Positions 7,265 through 13,264 of a DNA stretch of 13,264 nt are shown here, piece after piece. This stretch comes from Gemmatimonadales bacterium (GTDB lineage Bacteria; Gemmatimonadota; Gemmatimonadetes; Gemmatimonadales; GWC2-71-9). The stretch lies in NCBI GenBank assembly GCA_038321865.1, contig JBBQFH010000053.1, positions 1 to 13,264 on the forward strand. Reading direction: 5' to 3'. Below the pieces are notes generated by a model, which was not told the origin of the DNA, did not search any database, and saw only the letters and a program-made list of their open reading frames with translations. Each line of letters begins with the position of its first letter. The stretch's first letter is position 1. A program made the translations under genes and the position numbers.

Positions 7265-9163
7265 ATGTGCTTCAAGAATCTGCCGATCGATTTCGACTCG
7301 GCGGGAAAGCCTTTCCTTCGCGGCGGCGTGGCCGATCCATACAGCCAGGCGACGGCCGCGCCGATCGGCGCTCCGACGCAGCTCACCGCCGAACGGGTCG
7401 AGGACCTGCTCCGGCGGAACGGGCACATCAAATCGGTCGACTTCGATCCGGTCACGCGCGTCGCCGGCGCGCTCGCCTTCCATACCGTGGCCGACCTCAA
7501 GGCGCGCCGGGTGCTCGAGGCGCGTTCGGTCGCGACGCTGTTCCGCGGGTACGAGGTCATCATGATCGGCCGCGATCCGCGTGATGCGATCTTCATCACG
7601 AGCCGGGCCTGCGGGGTCTGCGGCGGCGTGCACGGCACCTGCTCGGCGCTCGCAACCGAGATGGCGATCGGCTGCTGCCCGCCGCCGCTCGGCGTCCTCA
7701 TCCGCAACCTGATGCTGGCGCTGGAGTTCCTCTACGACAATCCGCTCCATCTGCATCTGCTGGCGGGCCCGGATTACTCGCAGGCAATCGTCGAGCCGAC
7801 CAATCCGTCGCTATATGCTCGCGCGCAGAAGACCGAGGCGCCGCATGCGGAGGTGCACGGGTATCGCACGATGGCGGACCTGATGACGGACCTCAACCCG
7901 CTGACGGGGAAGCTCTACCTCGAGGCGCTCCACATGACGCGGGTGGCACGCGAGGCGTACGTGCTGATCGCGGGCAAGTATCCGCACCCCCAGACAATCG
8001 TGCCCGGCGGCGTGAGCTCGACGATCACGCTGACCGTCATGAACGAGATGTTCCTGCGGCTGGCGCAGTTCTTCGATTACTCGAAGAAGATCACCGGCAT
8101 CTGGGACGACATCACCGATTTCTTCTACGAGGCCGATCCGCAGTACATGAAGGTCGGCGCCCGCCGCGCGCACCTCATCGACACCGGCATCTTCGACGAC
8201 CCCGACGCATACGATGCGACGTACGCCAATGCCGCCGCATGGGGCAATCGCCGGTGGGCCACGCCCGGCGCGATCGTCGATGGCCAGCTGGTGACGACGG
8301 ACCTCCACCGGATCAACATGGGGATCGAGGAATTCGTCGACCATTCCTTTTACGAGGGATGGACCGGCGAGGGCCGGACACCGCATTTCCCAACCGACAG
8401 CGAGGGCAACCCGCTGTCGCCGCATCACCCTTGGAACAAGATCACGAAGCCAAGGCCGCAGGGACAGAACTGGAAAGAGAAGTACACCTGGGACACAACG
8501 CCGCGGTGGGACCGAAACGCGATGGAGGCCGGCTGCTACGCGCGGCTCTGGAACACGGCCGTCGCGCAGCAGCTGCCGGACAACCCGTTCATCGAAGCGA
8601 CCGGCCACTCGCTCAAGGTGCGAATGCCGCGCGGCGCGTTGCCGGAGATGGAGCTGGAGTGGCACGTGCCGAAGGTCTGGAACGCGTTCGAGCGTAACCG
8701 CGCTCGCGCGCATTGTGTGGCGTTCACGGCGATGGTCGCGATGAACAACTGGCTCGCGGCGATGGACCGCATCAAGAACGGCGACCTCCGGACCAGCACG
8801 AAGTTCGATATTCCCCAGAAGGGCGAGCGGGTGGGCGTCGGTTTCTGGGGCGCCGGCCGGGGATACCTCACGCACCATCTCGTACTCGACCGCGGGGCCG
8901 TCTCCAACTATCAGATCGTGACGCCGTCCACCTGGAACGCTTCACCAACCGACGCGTGGCAGCAGCCGGGGCCCTACGAGGAGGCGGTGCTCAACACGCC
9001 GCTGCTCGAGGAGAGCGATGACCCGGCAAAGTTCCGCGGCATCGACATCCTGCGCGCCATCCGGAGCTTCGATCCCTGCATGCCGTGCACCACGCACATC
9101 CAGTCCGAGGGGGGGATGATCACGCGCGAGGTCAACACCTGCGCCTGCGGGCTCGACGGCTGA
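7265..9163 (+). CDS. hylL: [NiFe]-hydrogenase large subunit, group 1l (Hyl)-like
   Basis: L1 motif SRACGVCGGVH (about 7601-7633), L2 motif SFDPCMPCTTH (ends 9097), plus DPVTRVAG, FRGYE, GRDPRDA, GKYPHP, YQIVTPSTWN, GPYEEA. A 21-aa extension follows the L2 His. Both motifs use Cys, so this is not a [NiFeSe] enzyme. Confidence 0.95.
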   Translation: MCFKNLPIDFDSAGKPFLRGGVADPYSQATAAPIGAPTQLTAERVEDLLRRNGHIKSVDFDPVTRVAGALAFHTVADLKARRVLEARSVATLFRGYEVIMIGRDPRDAIFITSRACGVCGGVHGTCSALATEMAIGCCPPPLGVLIRNLMLALEFLYDNPLHLHLLAGPDYSQAIVEPTNPSLYARAQKTEAPHAEVHGYRTMADLMTDLNPLTGKLYLEALHMTRVAREAYVLIAGKYPHPQTIVPGGVSSTITLTVMNEMFLRLAQFFDYSKKITGIWDDITDFFYEADPQYMKVGARRAHLIDTGIFDDPDAYDATYANAAAWGNRRWATPGAIVDGQLVTTDLHRINMGIEEFVDHSFYEGWTGEGRTPHFPTDSEGNPLSPHHPWNKITKPRPQGQNWKEKYTWDTTPRWDRNAMEAGCYARLWNTAVAQQLPDNPFIEATGHSLKVRMPRGALPEMELEWHVPKVWNAFERNRARAHCVAFTAMVAMNNWLAAMDRIKNGDLRTSTKFDIPQKGERVGVGFWGAGRGYLTHHLVLDRGAVSNYQIVTPSTWNASPTDAWQQPGPYEEAVLNTPLLEESDDPAKFRGIDILRAIRSFDPCMPCTTHIQSEGGMITREVNTCACGLDG

Positions 9164-9169
9164 CGACCG

Positions 9170-9724
9170 GTGCGCACCATCATCGCGGGGATCGGCTATC
9201 GAAACCTCCGCGACCACTCGGTGGGACCGCTGCTGGTGGACCGGCTGGCAGGCCAACGTTGGCCCGACGGTGTGGCCGTCGAGGATCTGAGCTACGGCCC
9301 GATCGCGGTGGTGCAGCGCTTCGAGGATGACCCTTTAGACCGCCGCTTTGACCGGGCGGTGGTCGTTTCCGCCGTCCAGCGCGACCGCGAGCCGGGGTCT
9401 CTGACGGTATACCGGTGGGACGGCGTGCTTCCTTCCGAAGAGGGAGTGCAGCGCGCCGTGGTCGATGCCGTCACCGGCGTGATTTATCTCGACAACACGC
9501 TGGTGGTGGCGCGACATTTCCGTGCGCTGCCGGCCGAGGTGATCGTGATCGAAGTCGAGCCGATTCTGCACGAGTTCGGCGACGGGTTCAGCCCCGCGGT
9601 CGCCGAAGCGTTCGAGACGATGTGCCGGCTGGCCCGAACGCTCGCAACCGATTGCGCGTCCGGCGAGGCCATCCCGGTCGCTGGCCTGGGTGGCGGCTCC
9701 CCCGCCGCGACGACTGCGCCGTGA
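9170..9724 (+). CDS. Hydrogenase maturation protease homologue 1 (HybD/HycI fold, divergent)
   Basis: GTG start. MRTIIAGIGYRNLRDHSVG...VEDLSYG...AVVVSAV...PGSLTVY...LPAEVIVIEVEP...GFSPAV matches the fold, but canonical metal ligands are altered. Confidence 0.8.
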   Translation: MRTIIAGIGYRNLRDHSVGPLLVDRLAGQRWPDGVAVEDLSYGPIAVVQRFEDDPLDRRFDRAVVVSAVQRDREPGSLTVYRWDGVLPSEEGVQRAVVDAVTGVIYLDNTLVVARHFRALPAEVIVIEVEPILHEFGDGFSPAVAEAFETMCRLARTLATDCASGEAIPVAGLGGGSPAATTAP

Positions 9725-10569
9725 CCGATTCGGCCGAGACCCGCCAGGACCTGCTCGACGAAATTGGCGAACTGGTTACGGCGCTCGAAGCGCACCCCGA
9801 TGCGACCGTCCGCGAGCAGGTGACCGCGCTGCTGCAGGGTGTGGACGCGGTCCATCGTGTCGCGCTCACCCGCCTTCTCGAAGCAATCCAGGGTCTCGCC
9901 GGCGAAGCATTCGTGAATCGGCTCACCGCCGATCCGGTGATCCGCCTGCTGTTCATGTCCTACGACCTCATCGCCGTCGATCGCCGCATCCAGACCGAGG
10001 AGGCACTCGACGCGGTGCGCGGGCATCTCCACGCGCACGGCGTCGACGTCGAGCTGCTGGACGTGGTGGGAAGCGTGGTGTACGTCAAGCTGCACGGCCT
10101 TGGCGCGAGCGGCATCGCGCCGGACGCCGTGCGGCACGATCTCGAGGAGGCGCTGCGCCATGGGCTCATCGGCTTCCACGAGCTTCAGATCGGAGACCGG
10201 CAGACGGGCGCCGGCGGACTGGTGCAGCTCGGCGGCAAGCGGCCGCTCCGGGCGCCGGTGTATCGCCGGGTGCTGGACGCCGGCGCGCTCCTCCCGGGAT
10301 CGATGGAGGCAGTGGATCTCGACGGAGATCCGGTTCTCATCGCGAACGTCGACGGCGAGTTCTACGCCGTGTCGAACCGCTGCGGGGAGAGCCCGCTGCC
10401 GCTGCACTTCGGCACACTCGCGGGCGCCGAGCTTGTCTGCAGCTGGCACGGCTGCCGGTATGACCTGCGGTCGGGGCGGCGGCTCGACGGCGGCAGCGAC
10501 CGCCTCACGGTGTATCCCGTCGCCGTGGCCGACGGCGAGGTGCGGGTCGCGGTCGGCGCGGAGGCATAG
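9721..10569 (+). CDS. NifU-like / Rieske-like domain hydrogenase accessory protein
   Basis: GTG 9721 overlaps the previous TGA. N-terminal helical region, NifU_C-like EEALDAVRGHLHAHGVDVELLDV, and Rieske-like VLIANVDGEFYAVSNRCGE...LVCSWHGCRYDLRSG...LTVYPV. Confidence 0.85.
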   Translation: MTDSAETRQDLLDEIGELVTALEAHPDATVREQVTALLQGVDAVHRVALTRLLEAIQGLAGEAFVNRLTADPVIRLLFMSYDLIAVDRRIQTEEALDAVRGHLHAHGVDVELLDVVGSVVYVKLHGLGASGIAPDAVRHDLEEALRHGLIGFHELQIGDRQTGAGGLVQLGGKRPLRAPVYRRVLDAGALLPGSMEAVDLDGDPVLIANVDGEFYAVSNRCGESPLPLHFGTLAGAELVCSWHGCRYDLRSGRRLDGGSDRLTVYPVAVADGEVRVAVGAEA

Positions 10570-10570
10570 C

Positions 10571-11050
10571 GTGCGGACGCTGATCGCCGGATTCGGCAAC
10601 GCGCTCCGGGGTGACGACGGCTTTGGCGTCGAGGTGATCCGGCGGCTTCAGCTCGACGGGATCGAAGCGGGCGTGGAGCTCATGGATGTGGGGACCGGAG
10701 GAATCCGGCTCGCGCAGGAGTTGCTTACGCCGTATGATCGTCTGATCATCGTGGATGCGGTGAGCCGCGGCCAGGCGCCGGGAACGGTGTCGGTGGTCGC
10801 AATTGACGAGATCGAATCGGTTGCCGAAATCGACATGCACGTGGCAATTCCCGCGCGGGCACTCTCGGTGGCCAAGGCGCTCGGCGCGCTTCCGGCGGAG
10901 GTGTACATGGTGGGCTGCGAGCCGCTCGAGGTGGATGAGTTGCGCATCGACCTGTCGGCACCAGTGAGGGCCGCGGTCGAGATCGCGCTGCTGCGTGTGC
11001 ACGAGCTCGTGGCGCGGCCCGCAATGCCGGCGGGAGGCGCGGCGCGATGA
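10571..11050 (+). CDS. Hydrogenase maturation protease 2 (HybD/HupD family, canonical motifs)
   Basis: GTG 10571: MRTLIAGFGNALRGDDGFG...MDVGTGG...IIVDAV...APGTV...DMH...VGCEP...LSAPV. The Asp/Asp/His ligand set is retained. Confidence 0.9.
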   Translation: MRTLIAGFGNALRGDDGFGVEVIRRLQLDGIEAGVELMDVGTGGIRLAQELLTPYDRLIIVDAVSRGQAPGTVSVVAIDEIESVAEIDMHVAIPARALSVAKALGALPAEVYMVGCEPLEVDELRIDLSAPVRAAVEIALLRVHELVARPAMPAGGAAR

Positions 11051-11424
11051 GCGGCGACGGTCGCGAGATCGAGCGCCAGGACGAAGTCCTCGAGCTGCTC
11101 TACTGGCTCGAAGGCGAAGGGTTCGCCGGCGCGGCGACGCTCGAGAGCATCACTCGTTTTCTCGCCGACCCGGACCATCGGGTAGACGACACGCTGCGAC
11201 AGCTCATGAACCGGGGCGACGTCGTCCTCCACGAGGCGTCCGCCGAGTACAAGCTGACGGTGACGGGCCGGCGGGAAGCGGGCCGGCGGTTTGCGGAGGA
11301 GTTCAGTTCGATGCTGAGCCAGGGCCATGCCGAGTGCAATGACCCGGAATGTGACTGTCACACCAACCCCGCCGGCGCGGCGGAGTGCCATGCCGCGCGG
11401 GCGCACGGAGATCACCCACATTGA
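11047..11424 (+). CDS. Hypothetical winged-helix-like protein with Cys/His-rich C-terminal tail (putative metal binding)
   Basis: ATGA overlap with protease 2. DEVLELLYWLEGEGF...LRQLMNRGDV...YKLTVTGRREAGRRF is wHTH-like. Tail: GHAECNDPECDCHTNPAGAAECHAARAHGDHPH. Confidence 0.8.
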   Translation: MSGDGREIERQDEVLELLYWLEGEGFAGAATLESITRFLADPDHRVDDTLRQLMNRGDVVLHEASAEYKLTVTGRREAGRRFAEEFSSMLSQGHAECNDPECDCHTNPAGAAECHAARAHGDHPH

Positions 11425-12194
11425 TTCGCCTCGCCATTGCAGGGAAGGGCGGAAGCGGCAAGACGACGATCACCGGTACGCTCGCGCGCGTGCTCGCGCG
11501 GAGCGGCCGCACCGTCGTGGCCGTTGACGCCGACACCAATCCCAATCTCGCCACCACCCTCGGGATTCCGAACGCCGAAGCGCAGGCGATCACCGGATTG
11601 CCCCGGACGCTTCTGCAGCGCGAAACGCAGCCGGACGGCACCGCGAAGACCGTCTTCACCGAAGACGCGAACGAGGTGCTGAAGAAATACGGCGCCGTGG
11701 GACCCGACGGCGTCCGTCTCGTCGTCATGGGCAAGGTGAACCACGGCGGCGCTGGCTGAATGTGCGGAGCCCACGCCACGGTCCGTGGCCTTCTAGGTGA
11801 ATTGGTGGCGCTGCCGGACGATCGGGACATTCTGGTGGACATGGAAGCGGGCCTCGAGCATCTCTCGCGGGGGACGGGCAAGCACATCACGCAGTTCCTC
11901 GCGGTGGTCGAACCGTACTATCGCTCCATGGAAACGGCCCGGCGAATCGTCGAGCTGTCCGGCGAGCTCGGCATCGGCCAGGTACAGGCGATCGCGAACA
12001 AGGTGCGCAACGATGCCGACCACGACGCAATCGTGGCGTTCTGCGCATCGCACGGCATGAACATCGTCGCGGAAATTCCCTACGATTCCGAGCTGGCCGA
12101 TGCGGAACGGGTCGGCCAGCCCCCAATCGAACACGCACCGTATTCCCCCGCGATGCGCGCAATTCAGGAGCTGGCCACGGTGCTCGAGCGCTGA
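11421..12194 (+). CDS. cooC: CooC/AcsF-family nickel-insertion ATPase (MinD/SIMIBI), probable selenoprotein (TGA 11757-11759 = Sec, UxC motif)
   Basis: TTG start overlapping the previous TGA (TTGA). Deviant Walker A IAGKGGSGKTT, VDADTNPNL, LVVMGKVNHGGAG-[TGA]-MC, DMEAGLEHLSRGT, IANKVR, IPYD. Track ORFs 11385..11759 and 11760..12194 share a frame and are the two halves of one 257-aa CooC. Confidence 0.88.
11766..11793 (+). promoter_or_regulatory. Putative bacterial SECIS element
   Basis: Lies just 3' of the in-frame TGA. Lower stem GGAG/CTTC (11766-11769 / 11790-11793), a CCCAC bulge, upper stem GCCACG/CGTGGC (11775-11780 / 11784-11789), apex GGTC at +21 to +24 after the TGA. Confidence 0.7.
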
Positions 12195-12223
12195 ACGAGC
12201 GCCCCCCTCGGTCCGGAGTCTGC

Positions 12224-13264
12224 ATGCCAGCATTTCGATCGTACCTCACGATTCTCTCGGCCACCGTCATCCTCGCCGCGCCGGGTTCGGCGCAGACGAT
12301 GCGGCTCGTCGGCCGCTCCGATCTCGGCGGCAAGGGCCTGAACGGCGCGGTGGCGGTGGTGGGAACCACGGCGATCGTGGGGGCCGGGATGATGCCGGCC
12401 GCCGGGGTACACGCGCACTTCTACAATCCGTATCCGTGCCCCGCGGTGGCGGTGAAGGTGGTGGACCTCTCGCAGCCGAGTGAGCCGCGCGTCGTCGCCA
12501 CGATTCCGGTGCCGGCCGGCGTCGTCGCGCAGGACGTGGCGGCACTGCGGGTGAAGTCGCCGGCGTTCACCGGCGATCTCGCCGCCATTGCGCTCGCGAT
12601 GTGCAGCGGCGCCGGCAGCGGCGTCGAGCGTGGCGTGGCCTACTACGACATCACCAACCCCGCGTCGCCGCAGCTTCTCGGCCGCTATCAGGCGGACAGC
12701 GACAACGTGAAGCCGGCCGACCTGCCGTGCGGACCCGCTCCCACCGGGGCCGACGACCGCTGCGCCGCGTCTCAGCACTCCGTCACGCTGGTCCAGCGAA
12801 CTGATGGGCGGGTGCTGTCGCTGTCGGTCGAACCCGGCGCGTCGGCATCAAAGTTTCCCTCGGGTGACCTCCGCGTCGTGGACGTGACCGATCCGCGCCA
12901 TCCGCGCCAAATCTCGTCATTTCCGCCGGCGGGCGAGCCGATTTTCTCCTCCAACGGGTGCCGGCCGTTTCGGGCGGCCCACAGTGTGGGCACCGGCCGG
13001 GGCGGCACGGTGGCCGTGCTGCCGTTCTACGACGGCGGCTTTTTTGTGCTCGATCTCACGCAGCCCGAGGCGCCGGCCACGATCGGGCGATTCGAGCTCG
13101 CGGCGGACCGCGGGCTGGAGGGAAACTTCGGCTACGCGGCCTACGCCGATCTGGGTAGCCGCCACCTGGCGCTCGTCTCGGAGCAGGACTGGATCGCACC
13201 AAAGACGACGCTCCGGATCGAGCGCCCCGCAGCACTCGCGGGCAGCCGCCCCGCGTGCGAGGCG
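12224..13264 (+). CDS. Secreted LVIVD-repeat (beta-propeller) protein, 5' part (runs off the right edge)
   Basis: Not in the ORF track because it has no stop in the window. ATG 12224 follows GGAG. Signal peptide MPAFRSYLTILSATVILAAPGSA|Q. Repeats: VKVVDLSQPSEPRVVATI, VAYYDITNPASPQLLGRY, LRVVDVTDPRHPRQISSF, FFVLDLTQPEAPATIGRF. Open for 347 codons to the window end. Confidence 0.85.
   Translation, partial: MPAFRSYLTILSATVILAAPGSAQTMRLVGRSDLGGKGLNGAVAVVGTTAIVGAGMMPAAGVHAHFYNPYPCPAVAVKVVDLSQPSEPRVVATIPVPAGVVAQDVAALRVKSPAFTGDLAAIALAMCSGAGSGVERGVAYYDITNPASPQLLGRYQADSDNVKPADLPCGPAPTGADDRCAASQHSVTLVQRTDGRVLSLSVEPGASASKFPSGDLRVVDVTDPRHPRQISSFPPAGEPIFSSNGCRPFRAAHSVGTGRGGTVAVLPFYDGGFFVLDLTQPEAPATIGRFELAADRGLEGNFGYAAYADLGSRHLALVSEQDWIAPKTTLRIERPAALAGSRPACEA

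Noticed and set aside
7811..8878. Long antisense or alternative-frame ORFs (e.g. 7811..8878 -, 9484..10599 -, 5112..6041 -, 595..1443 -, 4925..5713 +)
   Set aside because: Shadow ORFs typical of high-GC coding DNA: Arg/Pro/Ala-rich, without motifs, and overlapping well-supported genes.
7265..9163. Possible [NiFeSe] hydrogenase, given Sec use nearby
   Set aside because: The L2 motif is DPCMPC encoded by TGC codons, and the large subunit has no in-frame TGA.
9161..9172. Large-subunit TGA is in frame with the protease 1 GTG (TGA CGA CCG GTG), so Sec read-through could fuse them
   Set aside because: The TGA is at a normal C-terminus, does not match a conserved Cys position and has no convincing SECIS-like hairpin. 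In-frame spacing occurs by chance one time in three.
11760..12194. Independent 144-aa gene starting at ATG 11760 (MCGAH...)
   Set aside because: It would cut the CooC fold through the middle of the metal-binding motif and separate Walker A from the DMEAG motif. Read-through (or a nonsense mutation) in one gene is more parsimonious.
12891..12908. 9-bp tandem repeat ATCCGCGCC x2
   Set aside because: Only two copies, inside the coding DPRHPRQ of an LVIVD repeat; no sign of a repeat array.
1..13264. CRISPR arrays, tRNA/rRNA genes (including selC), transposases or integrases
   Set aside because: No regularly spaced repeats, tRNA-like sequence or mobile-element ORFs were recognised by eye. A covariance-model search would be needed to exclude small RNAs in 1890-2120 and 3720-3930.

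Overview
GC-rich bacterial DNA. The core (4419-12194, + strand) is a tightly coupled [NiFe]-hydrogenase operon with the group 1l (Hyl)-type layout. In order it encodes a small subunit, five short paralogous single-TM/helical proteins, a large subunit, two maturation-protease homologues (one apparently degenerate), a NifU-like/Rieske-like protein, a Cys/His-tailed winged-helix-like protein and a CooC/AcsF-family Ni-insertion ATPase. The best finding is that the ATPase, split in two by the ORF track, reads as one 257-aa protein. An in-frame TGA (11757-11759) replaces the first Cys of the Ni-binding CxC motif (GAG-U-M-C) and is followed at once by a bacterial SECIS-like hairpin with a GGUC apex. 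It is therefore a probable selenocysteine-containing CooC in a hydrogenase operon, and no hypA/hypB lies in this window. Upstream are an HxlR-family regulator with a Cys-rich N-terminus, a His-tailed EamA/DMT transporter, a thioredoxin-like protein, a glucoamylase-family (GH144-like) gene, a partial membrane protein and two internally deleted pseudogene remnants (GH39, multicopper oxidase). Downstream a secreted LVIVD-repeat protein runs off the window. All family calls come from motif recognition; no searches were run.
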